A stretch of DNA of 36,332 nucleotides from contig NC_068986.1 in NCBI RefSeq assembly GCF_001194135.2, positions 76,494,345 through 76,530,676 of the forward strand, in the 5' to 3' direction. Each line of letters begins with the position of its first letter. Within the stretch, counting starts at the first letter, position 1. A program made the position numbers and the translations under genes. A model generated the notes under the pieces. The model saw nothing but the letters and a program-made list of their open reading frames with translations, did not search any database and had not been told where the DNA came from. Positions 1 to 10,035 of this stretch are shown here, one piece after another. This DNA comes from Octopus bimaculoides (Eukaryota).

Positions 1-520
1 CAAGCTCTCGTAAATATATAATAATTCTAGTGAAACACATTCACTGATTTCAAAAATAGAAATAATACATTTCTAAATCTCTCAGAGAGATTTATGCAGT
101 AGTGATGCGATAAAGTAGTTGTATGCTGTCAATTTATTGTGACAGTCCTATGAAGGGAATAATATTACTGCTATTTAGCCCTAGGAAGCAGCACCGCTCT
201 CTGTCGGCCTTGATACATTTCCTGTGTCCTTATGTTTACAAGGAGGAGACAAGCACCTCAATTTAGCTAAGCCTACATCCAGAGACTAGTTTCTGAGTCT
301 TTGCTCATCATCAGTCTGGAGTAGCATGGCTTGCTAGTTGGAGATGCCTGTCAAGCTCTTGTAAACATATAATAATTCTAGTGAAACACATTCACTGATT
401 TCAAAAATAAAAATAATATATTTCTCAATCTCTCAGAGAGATTTATGCAGTAGTATTATTCCCTTCATGGGACTGTCACATTAAGTTGACAGTATACAAC
501 TACTTTATCGCATCACGACT
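1..520 (-). mobile_element. Penelope-like (pLTR) / retrozyme-like ~350-bp repeat unit, partly tandem, with an inverted terminal segment
   Basis: 1-103 recurs at 351-453 (period 350). Segment ~96-172 recurs inverted at ~446-522. The unit contains a minimal hammerhead. Direct plus inverted repeats with a hammerhead is the known PLE pLTR / non-LTR retrozyme layout. The left end is cut by the window edge. Confidence 0.7.
273..324 (-). ncRNA. Type I minimal hammerhead ribozyme
   Basis: Minus strand reads ctac-tccaga CUGAUGA ugag-caaaga-cuca GAAA cuag UC ucugga-u-guag. Stem I is 6 bp + bulge + 4 bp, stem II 4 bp, stem III the palindrome ACUAGU. GUC triplet; predicted cut between 284 and 283. Confidence 0.8.
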
Positions 521-668
521 GTGTCACGCTGAATCTCCCTGAGAACTACGTTAAGGGTACACATGTCTGTGGAGTGCTCAGCCACTTGCATGTTAATTTC
601 ACGAGCAGGCTGTTCCGTTGATCAGATCAACTAGAACGCTCGTCGTTGTAACCGACGGAGTGCCACGA
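520..668 (+). mobile_element. SINE family A, 3' body fragment
   Basis: Matches the 3' half of the full copies at 17045-17426 and 12554-12912. Confidence 0.85.
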
Positions 669-669
669 C

Positions 670-1029
670 GACTTTTCGAACAGTTGACTGAGTACAGAAT
701 TCATTATGAACCCCCAACAAACGTGTATTTGGAGTTACATCTCTGTTCCTCGGATACATCATCGACAAGGACGTAATTCGCCTACTCTCTGTGAAAGTGA
801 AGTCGATTGTAGATTTTCCAGTGCCTGCACCACTGCGAAAACTGCATGAATATCTTGGTTTGATAAATTTTTATAGGAGTTTCAACATCGTAACAAGCAT
901 ACACAGAACTCGGCCTATAACCCTGAATGTAAACGAGTTTAGCTTTTAGGTGGTCGTGGAAGCGTGGTGAAACCATCTAATAATGGCTCCGTTCAAAAGG
1001 CTGGAATAATACATATAATCTGCCAGTGA

Positions 1030-1079
<50 letters not shown>

Positions 1080-1850
1080 CAAACGCTCTTTTCATAAACT
1101 GCAATGCTGGTGCTCCTCTTTGCTTGTTGGTTGATGTATTCGATGTCGGAATGGGGGTGTGCTACAGCAGTTAGTTAACGTTTGGCAACCATTGTCTTTC
1201 TCCTCCATGCGACTGTAGCCCACGAAATCTAAATACAGTACTTTCTCGCTCGGGAATTATTGGCAGCATACCTGACTGTTAAAAAACAATTTTGATGCAT
1301 GTTAGAAAGTACTGCTTTCTTTATGTAGCTGACAGGCCACCCGTATACACATTCTCCGTGATGCCTGATCGTTACTCCCTTAGAGAAGCTTGCTGTCGCG
1401 ACTTTACATTTCAATACACCACGGATGTACATCACATCACTGGTTTGGCTAACTCAGCGACCGACGCACTTTTTCGCATACAGCCGAACACATTGCACAC
1501 CATTGCCACTATTGATCTTCAATATATTGCGCAGCTGATCAAGAAACTGACAAAAAAACTTGTAAAACTCCAGAATTCTTTGTCCTTGAAATTCCAGCGA
1601 GTCACCTCATCTTCTACGAGTCATATTTGGTATGGCGTCTCTACTAGTCAAGAATGCTCGTTTGTACCACAGAAGCATAAACGTCAATTTTTTTTCACTG
1701 ATTTGCACTGTTTACTACATCTTGGTATCACAGAAGTTGATATCTGCCTGTTTTGAATGGGTTGGTATCACCTAGAACTCCCGTAAATAGACCAGAAGAT
1801 GCGTTACATGTCAGAAAGCTCAATTGTACCGTCTTAAGTCATGCTCATGA
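670..1850 (+). pseudogene. Decayed Ty3/Gypsy pol fragment (RT C-terminus, RNase H, integrase zinc finger)
   Basis: Frameshifted translations FLGYIIDKDVIR..KVKSIVDFPVP..LRKLHEYLGLINFYR (RT end), APLCLLVDVFDV..WQPLSF..KYSTF..ELLAAYL (RNase H), TTDVHHITGLANSATDALFRI, and LHCLLHLGI..EWVGI..CVTCQKA (HHCC). Many stops and frameshifts. Confidence 0.9.
1033..1076. repeat. (AG)n microsatellite inside the Gypsy fragment
   Basis: Perfect AG run visible in the sequence. Confidence 0.95.
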
Positions 1851-1962
1851 GGACACGTGGGGGAAATCGTTGTTCTTTGGTCGCATGTACGGATGCGTCC
1901 TCCATTGATACTGCTTTTAAAGTCTAAGAATTATTCGTACTAGAACACATGCTGAATTCTGC

Positions 1963-2008
1963 TATGTATGTATGTATGTAAATATGCATGTATGTATGTA
2001 TGTATGTA
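1963..2008. repeat. (TATG)n microsatellite
   Basis: Imperfect TATG run. Confidence 0.9.
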
Positions 2009-2262
2009 CGTCGGTTGCGATGACGAGGGTTTCAGTTGATCTGATCAACAGAACATACTGCTCGTGAAATTAACGGACAATTTCACAGACACGCTTACCC
2101 TTAACGTAGTTCTCAGGGAGATTCAGCCTGACACAAAATGTTACTGGGGCAATGGGAAATAAAATGTCTTGCTCAAGATCATAAGGCACCGCCGAGAATC
2201 AAGCTCACATCCTTACTATCGTGAGCCGAATACCCTAAACACTAAGCCACGTGCCTTCATTC
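2009..2262 (-). mobile_element. SINE family A' (family A 3' body with a different tRNA-like head)
   Basis: Family A body at 2009-2135, then gtcttgctcaag...gaatcaagctcac...taccctaaacactaagccacgtgcc (antisense tRNA-like head). Same layout as 33060-33365. Confidence 0.75.
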
Positions 2263-2265
2263 ACT

Positions 2266-2352
2266 CATACATACATACATACATACATACATACATACAT
2301 ACATACATACACACATACATACACACATACACACAGACATACATACATGCAT
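2266..2352. repeat. (CATA)n microsatellite
   Basis: Direct observation; it explains the HTYI-repeat ORFs. Confidence 0.95.
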
Positions 2353-2364
2353 GCATACCTTTGA

Positions 2365-3945
2365 AGGGTATAGCAACCAAATTCCTGATGCACAAAAGTG
2401 ACAGATTCACAGGAAAAACACCGAAATGTGATAGCCAAGTGAGAATTCGCAGAGTTAAGCCCGAAGATATTACTCACGTCGTAAGCTGTTGTCCAAAAAT
2501 GTCATCGTGTTATTATATATCCACGAGACATGATGTTGTGGCCAAGATCTTGCACAATGATATCCGTCGGAAGGTTAATCTTGGATCCTGTTGTGTCCAC
2601 CACTCTGATTGGTTGGTATTGGCGTATTTTTTTCTCTAGTTCTATTTCGCGCCAGGGTGCATACCAACCAATCGCAGCCTTCTGATAATGTCACGTAGAA
2701 TGGGTTTCTGAACCCCTGCTTGAGCCGATTTTTTCTCTTAAATAGCATGCTCGTCTGCGTTAAAGTTGTCTCGGCCTTAGACCTTCTAAGGTCTAGCCGC
2801 TGACCACAGAGCACCAGCCAGTTCCAACGACGACATGACTGCACTTCACTGGAGATCCAACACCACCGTTCAACTAACTGTTTACTACAAGCGTCTTCGT
2901 CGCCAGCATCTACACCGACATCTCTACGTACACACCACCAACAGCTCCCGCACTGTTTCTCTCAACACTGTTTGTGTGAATCGCTTCACCATGAATAACA
3001 GCCAGAACTCAACCTGCGAGAACTCCTGTACCAAGTAACCGGCTCGGCATGAAAGCCTCAACTTCTCACGACATGTGACTCTTCGACTCTGCCTCGACCC
3101 CACAACCTCTTGTACAGCCCTTCAACCTACTGTGTACCTTAGCTACGAACTGGTATTTCACATCCTTGTGTCTGGATTTTTAACGTCCTTATTTATAGAC
3201 TGTTTTCTATGCTCTGTATCTCTTACATTCACATACATATTTGTGTACACACACTTTCTGTTTACAAGACGGCCTGTATTATATTGTGTTTTATTATGTC
3301 GCATTCACTCATACACAGACATTCTAGTTGACAACCAATAAAACCTTACTTTTATACATTTTTACCGGTTGAGTCTCTCTCTTTCCTTGTTGGCACTTAA
3401 CTCATTCCATCTTTTGTTTTTTCATATTTGTGCCGACCGTGCGATGCGCTAAAGGAGCCGTTCCTTCGTCACCATCTCCTGGTCGCACGGTCGCTACACT
3501 TGAAACAAAAGATATAACAACTCACAGCATGGTAGAGACTATAACTACTCAAAATATAAAAGATTATTGGTGGAATATACCCGTGAAAACATTAAAAAAA
3601 AAAAGGAAAACAATAGACCAAACATAGAGATTGGAACAGAGAAGAGAAACTATGTACAGTGGTGGAAATCAGTTGCCCAGCGGATTTCAACATAAAGCAA
3701 AAGAAAGATTAACGAAAAAGAAAACATCTACGCTGAACTGTTGAAAAATTTACAGGTACTCTACCAGAAATTCAAGTTTAGATTTATGCCCATAATTATT
3801 AGAGCAGCATACTACCTCAGCACAAGTTTTGAGAAATTAGGTTTCTTACAACCAAAAATGGAGAAAGTTAATTAGAAGATTCCAGATACAAGTCATCAAT
3901 AGAACTGTCAAAATATGTAAAACTTTCTGGAAGTTTAACATACAA
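2365..3945 (+). mobile_element. Decayed RLE-type non-LTR retrotransposon C-terminus (R4/Dong-like CCHC finger + restriction-like endonuclease), interrupted at 2589-3498
   Basis: 2365-2588 translates EDITHVVSCCP...RHDVVAKIL (CCHC + RHD). 3499-3945 gives YWWNIPVKT, RPNIEI (PD motif decayed), VVEISCP, KENIY, LGF, TVKICKTF. Clade assignment is by motif recall. Confidence 0.8.
2589..3498 (+). mobile_element. LTR-like insertion (probable solo LTR, ~910 bp)
   Basis: Splits the RLE element. Starts TG and ends ..gctaCA, with a TATA-like ttaaatag near 2740 and AATAAA near 3337. No clear TSD, so the 5' boundary is uncertain. Confidence 0.5.
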
Positions 3946-3980
3946 GTACATATGCACATATCTAGACATGCAACTGTATA

Positions 3981-4900
3981 TAGTAGGCATCCGTCGGTCT
4001 CGAGAGAGCATGGATTTGCACCCGGAGAAATTGTGTCAGCTGCCGATGATGGTGCAGCATCAGCTGTGGCTATAGAGGCCCACATGGGAGTGGCAGTCAT
4101 GCATACGGCGACTGCATTTAAAAGAGCTCTCCACCGGGGGTACTGGTTTTTTCTTTCGTCGAGTGCGCTTTTCTTTTGTGGCAATTTCCTGTTTCTCCTC
4201 CTCTCGCTTTATCCCCTTTAGCAGTATTTGTCTCCAGCGTGGGCAATCATTTATGACCTCCTCCCATCTCAGGACGTCCAGACCTATTGACTTCACATGT
4301 CTATTGCAGACGGCCTTGAAACGAAGGTGAGGTCGTCCTCGTGCTCTTGTGCTGGAGGCCAATTCCCCATACAGGAGGTCTTTTGGGATCCTCCTATCCG
4401 GCATGTGATGTACATGACCGAGCCAGCGCAGACGGTGCTGCTAGAGCAGGGTGAATATATTGGGTGTCTTAGCGTGGCTGAGGACTTCGGTGTTGGTGAT
4501 GCGGTCGGTCCACTTGATATCCAAGATACGTTTCACCAGTACGTTGGTCTTCTTCAGAGTGATAGTCAGGCTGAATTCCTGACAGGTCTTTGAGAGTTTG
4601 TCTACAAGGTGTTGCAATTTGCTCCTCAGAGTGCACTATCAGTGCTGCGTCGTTCGCGAACAGCGTTTCTCTAATGAGTACCTGACGAACCCTGGATTTT
4701 GCTTTCAGTCTCGACAGACTAAACAGTTTACCGTTTTACCGTCTGATCTGGTGTGACGGTAGATACCATGATGTTCCAAATGCATGTTTCAACATGACTA
4801 CGAAGATGCCAAACAGTGTGGGGGCGAGCACACAGCCCTGCTTCACGCCGCTACATATGTTGAATGCCTCCGAAGAAGAGATATCAAATTGAACGATGCC
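3981..4900 (-). mobile_element. 5'-truncated, internally deleted RTE-clade LINE (BovB/RTE-1-like)
   Basis: SGVKQGCVLAPTLFGIF; GKLFSLSRLKAK..LFANDAAL (FADD decayed); KKTNVL fused to RILDIKW; RLRWLGHV..MPDRRIPKDLLYGEL..RGRP..RFK; C-terminal CHSHVGLYSH; RTE-type 3' tail cgagaccgacggatgcctacta. Confidence 0.92.
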
Positions 4901-4974
4901 TATGAGTATAAAACGTAAAACAAATATAGATCTGCACATGTACTGACTTCAAATACTTGCACACATACATGCAC

Positions 4975-5545
4975 AACTACCCTGTTCATGTTGTTGGAAT
5001 TCTAACGAAGGAGTCGTGGCTCTTGGTTAGAAAATGGTCCCTCCTCCATTGGCAAGAAATCTAGAAATAAGATTGTAGTGGCGCCTAATATCAGTCGCCA
5101 TTCTGGAGTTTATCCACGCATGCGCAGGGACTAGTCTTCCGGAAGGAATGTAGGAAGAGTCTCATGCGCATGCGTAGTCATCCAATATCCAAGCGTTCCC
5201 GCGTCTTTCGATCTCTTTTGTACGCTGAACTTCGTGGAAGCTAGACGTCACAATAGCAGCTCTCCGACAACTCTACAATGGAGCCACATAGATAACCAGA
5301 GAGGAGAGAAATGACTTCTAACCACGCAACTTCATTGACGGCGTCTCATCTAACCAAAAGGCGACATGCTACCGAATTCCCTCCTAGAGTGAGCAGAATT
5401 CTACTGTAATAAAATATTGTTGTGTTGTTAGTTTAGAGTCTGCGTTCCGTTTTCTTCCTTAAGAAATTTAATGTAAGGAATTGAGATACACCTAATGGTG
5501 TATAACCACTTCCCTACAAGATTAAATAATAACATACAGAATCTT
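4975..5545 (-). repeat. Short interspersed repeat family F, split by a solo LTR
   Basis: 4975-5073 plus 5519-5545 is the reverse complement of the units at 11450-11550 and 11655-11765. Confidence 0.75.
5074..5518 (+). mobile_element. Solo LTR, 445 bp, 4-bp TSD (Gypsy-type)
   Basis: Termini TGTAG...CTACA; AGAT at both 5070-5073 and 5519-5522; internal AATAAA near 5408; the host repeat rejoins across it. Confidence 0.85.
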
Positions 5546-6111
5546 TGTTTGGGAGAGAGGAAGAAAGAGAGAAAGTGGTATTGTCTTTTGGGTGTAAATA
5601 GTTAAATTAGGAAGGGACTGAAGAAAATAGTGATATAGGGAGATCATGAGAGGGTTGGTTATCTTGGAGTGAAGCTAGAATTGGAGAGGGAATTTGGAAA
5701 GTGTTAATGACTCAGACTAGGTAGAAAGGGAAAGTGGTATGAAATTAAGGGATAGAAAAAAAGCTGCGTAAATGGTGCTGGAGATAGGCATATCACTTAC
5801 AATGCAATTTAAAGCTATGCGATAAAAGCTTTCGTAGAACATTATTTATAGAAGAGGGATGACGTAACACGTAAGAAAGTGACGACCAGTGAGAAAGAGG
5901 TGCGAAGATAAGATTGAGAGGAGAAGGCAACGGAGCAAAAACAACGCCACGCAAGAGCCCAAATGAAGGAGAGGACTATAAATAGAAGGTGTGACAAACA
6001 GTTACACCGCACCTCGGGGCGTGTTAAAAGAGAATGTCCAAGAATCTAGACTGACCGAATTATTTGGCAATTACTAGTAAACACACATTCATAAAATATC
6101 TAATTTACACT

Positions 6112-6465
6112 CGCAGACACGGCCTTGCAGTTAAGAAACTCGCTTGGCAAACCACGTGGTTTCGGGTTCAGTCCCTATGGGCAGCACCTTGTGCAAGCGT
6201 CTTCTTCTACAATCCCGGGCCGAGCTATGCCTTGTGAGTGAATTTGATAGATAGAAACTGTGGAAGCCAATCTTATGTGTGTGTGTGTCCATTATTTGTC
6301 ACCACTTAACAAATGATAATGGTTTGGTTACATCCCCATAACATAACTTTGCGGTTCGGCAAAAGACAGCCATACAATAAGTATCACACTTAGAAAAATA
6401 AGTACTGGGGGTCGATTTGTTCGTTGCTGTCCAATGATTGAAACAAGTGAAAGAAAATAAAAGAA
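6112..6465 (+). mobile_element. SINE family B (tRNA head, CORE-like middle), diverged
   Basis: ggtttcgggttcagtcc head, caccttgtgcaagcgtcttct middle, gcggttcggcaaaag...ggggtcgatttg tail; homologous to 22697-23098. Confidence 0.75.
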
Positions 6466-7652
6466 ACAAGACACATATAGACGTATATATAGACACATGA
6501 TTTTTACTACTACGTTACCTTGCTTCGTTACTAGGTCTCGATCGTTCTGATCTTGGGCCATAAATCTGAGCGATCAACAGCAGTGACAATAAAGATAGTC
6601 ACAACTATATCAATAACCGACACAACAACAGGAAATTAAAAAACGAAGTCTACCAAATGGAATGTTGTCTTCCTCAGAGAGTTAACGTGCAGTTTTAGGT
6701 GTAATCTTTTTTTTATTTTTATATAAATCCTGCCAGAAGGAACTATACGAGGAAGTGTATGTAAACCTACTTACATAGGCATAATGATCGATTTAAAAAA
6801 GAATAAAATTAAGGCATTTCACCAGTACTCTTATGTTTTCTTTATGAAATTACGGAATATCACTTCAGCTCAATCTATTTTCATTTTTTAAAACTCTTAA
6901 ACCGCATATTAACTTCTAGAAGTCAAGTTACTATATGCTACAAGTTTAGAGATGTGAGAAACTGAGAACGATATATTTCTTTTGTTTGTTAAAAGTCAAA
7001 AATTAATTCTCTGTTTTTAACTGCCCCAAAATCTGTAAAATATCAATAAAATTAACTTCTGACGAAGCACCATATAAAAACATGCTTTCCCGTGAGGAAT
7101 ATCGGCGATTTGCTACACTCGGGTCAGCTCTTGTATCTTCATCGCTCTTAGAGTTGGTGTTGACGCCGTCGGTAGTGGTGGGTGCTGTTGATAAGTCGGC
7201 GTAACATGATACTTGATTTTGGGGGACCTGATGCAACCATGTTGAGTGAATGCTCATAGTTCACTCGTCATACTAATATAAATGTAATTTTAACAACAGT
7301 GAGAACAATGAGGAAACGACCCGAAATGCACTCAGTAAATCGAACATTTAGTAGATTAACGAAGCTTTCTGTTAAATGAATATATTTTTGCTATCATTAC
7401 TAGACCTCTTCTTTTCAATAAAATTCGTAGAGTGGCTGCTCAAGAATACAGATATATAAATCAACTGTGATGTAAAACCACACCAAACTTTCGTAGAATT
7501 TTCTAATTAAAACATAAAAATTACAAGGATAACATTGATTTCTACTGGGGGCACAAAGCAACACATTTTGGAGGTGGATGTAGTAAGATTATAATGTTTC
7601 CCTGTACACCACTGGTACTAATACTATCATACAGCTCAAATGAGGATGAAAG

Positions 7653-7795
7653 CAGGGCCGTCTTAGCAGCATTGTAGGTCCCAGGGCTAATCAGTCACCT
7701 GGGCCCTATGATATTTATTTATTGCTAGCAAGCCTCATCAGAACTGGGTCCCCAGACCCGCGAGGGCCCCGAGTAACCGCCCTAAGACCACCCAG
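7653..7795. mobile_element. Small MITE-like element with CAGGGCCGTCTTAG-type termini (hAT-like)
   Basis: Left cagggccgtcttag, right ctaagaccacccag (imperfect inverted repeat); GC-rich; TSD not seen. Confidence 0.5.
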
Positions 7796-8499
7796 TCACT
7801 CCTGCACCTGTAATATCCAAAAGCTTTTGAGGAAAAAGAAATTACAATAAAACAACAGTACAAATATATAACTTTTTATTCACCGAGCTGTCTACAATTC
7901 TGCTTATGTAATTTTTTTTCTGATTTTGACGAAGCACTATTGTCCGAAACGTTGATTTCTTCACAGCGTAATTATACATCTTGTATTCTTACTCGTTATT
8001 TTGTTTTATTTTTCTCGAGACTTCTATAATATGTATCTAAGAAACTTAGGGAAAGAAAACTTATTTCTATCCTTTGTTTGTTCCAGAATAATAACGAAAG
8101 ATAATGAGAATCAACAAAAAAGTCATCCTTCGATATTTTCTATTAATTGGTCAGGGATAGCGGTTTAATTTCCTCTATATCCGTTACTAATTGTTTAACA
8201 TATCAGTAATTCAATCTGCAAGAGTGCATTTTCTTCCTGGTTGTTTTTATATATTCAGATCCGAAACAAGAGCGTGTTTGTATTTCTCCAGCCGACCACA
8301 CCTCCAACTGTTATAGTTAGCTATAATTACAGAATGAGTGATACATCTAATTTATCAACATTTTAGCTCAGTTTTTTCTTCGTTTCGCTACACCTTCCTA
8401 CTTCACGAACAAATTCCAGTTTCGAGATTCTTAATGACCGCACAGACTACTTAATATGTAAATAGTTGGCCTCAACAAGTGGTGTGGGAGGAGTCTGGA

Positions 8500-8780
8500 G
8501 TAGCTGTATAGGAAAAAAAAAAAAAGTATCATATACGATAAATTTAACCTGTCACCTCTGCGTTTGTTCATGATGCTTGTGTCTCACTTATGAGTATCAG
8601 CGGCGTCTGAATGTAATTCACTCGTTGGTTAAAGGAAGGAAGAAAATAACTAAAAGAAAATAAAAAGTTTATTGCGTTGTGATAAATAGCAATTGTCATA
8701 GATAACATGTATCAGTGACGGCTTATCTACTCAGCGTGTACTGGTGTAGAAATATAGGTGTGTGCGCGTAAGTATGTAAA
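8500..8780. promoter_or_regulatory. Candidate promoter / 5'-UTR region with divergent splice signals
   Basis: Unique, CpG-retaining DNA. Minus-strand intron candidate 8587-8504 (AA|GTGAGA ... long T tract-CCTATACAG); plus-strand donor GC|GTAAGT at 8768. Inference only. Confidence 0.25.
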
Positions 8781-9804
8781 TACAAATACATGTATGTGTA
8801 GTTTATGTCACCAATTGAATTGTGTAGAAACTATGTTGATATATATACAAAGTATAAATGCAGTATAGTGGTTTGTATGCCAGTGTGATTATGTATGTAT
8901 TTTTTTTTCGTGAAATCACCTAGTTAAAAAATTATTGTGCAGAAAAAGTTAAAAGAAGTCATTTACATGTGGTTTTAATTTTATCAATCGCTTTGGCTGA
9001 CGTTGTTCCTGTTTGATTTTGTGGTAGGCAGTATGACTCAAGTTAGAAGTTGACCAGTATCCTTGTCTATCGATAAATGTGTTGGACCTAAATCAAGTAA
9101 GTCTATCATACTTGACCACAAACTGTTCGCATATTGACACTGACATTTCACTTTACTTAAACTCTCATACATACATATTCGTACGTTCACACATACTCTC
9201 ACGCTGATATATATTCTCACATAAACATACATATTCTTTCTGTCATTCACTTGACTGACACAAAATGGAAAGTTAATTCAATTATTTGCTCTTCAAAGAT
9301 TTCTCTTCGAGGAATTCAATGATAATATTACTGGATTTTTACCTCGCAACAGGTGCCGTATTTATTAATATCACTTTCAGTCTATTACGCCTCTATTTTA
9401 TTTTAAACATAGACCGTGTCACGGTTTCGGTTCCTGGTTGGAATCGCTTTCTTTCAGTCACATCGATGAATGTTCCTAGGGCCATTCTAGTCCATCTATC
9501 CACATTATGGATATTGGCCATGAAAAAATGATTATAAAAACGAATTGAAGTTTGTGGAAACAGTGGTTTTATAATTGTATAATTGAGGGAGTGTGTGTAT
9601 GTTTCTTTGATTTGTTTGTTTATTTGTAATTTAAAAAAAAAATGTTTACGTTTGTAAATTGTGCTTCTCCCCCTCACACACAATCGGGAAAAATAATAAT
9701 AATAATCAATCTTATGAATTACAAACGGATTGGCGCTAACATTTCGTTATATGTATATATAGACAGGACTAAGGTCATGTTCAGGTACCTCCCTAAAGGG
9801 TGAA

Positions 9805-10035
9805 CTGACCCCAGTTCTTATTCTGTCGGTCTTTTACCGAACTGCTAAGTTACGAGGATGTAAACAAATCGGTGGTAGGGGACAAACATAAACACAAAGA
9901 CACACACACACATATGCACGTAGATATACAAATCTGCGAAATCTACTCACAAAGCTTTGAGTTGGTCCGGGGCTATAGTATAAGACACCCAAGTTAACAC
10001 GCAGTAAGACTAAACCGGGAACTATGTTGTTGGGT
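9805..10035 (-). mobile_element. SINE family B, partial and diverged
   Basis: gaactgctaagttacg...ctactcacaaagctttg...gctatagta match family B. Confidence 0.75.

Noticed and set aside
7715-7745. CTGATGA on the minus strand (also ~30560, ~34020, and plus strand ~29935)
   Set aside because: No stem II followed by GAAA, so not hammerheads.
9393-9521. Minus-strand MANIHNVDRWTRMALGTFIDVTERKRF..., resembling a PAC 'DITERK' motif
   Set aside because: Only a short motif resemblance with no upstream PAS fold, and a weak donor (GTCTAT); likely chance.
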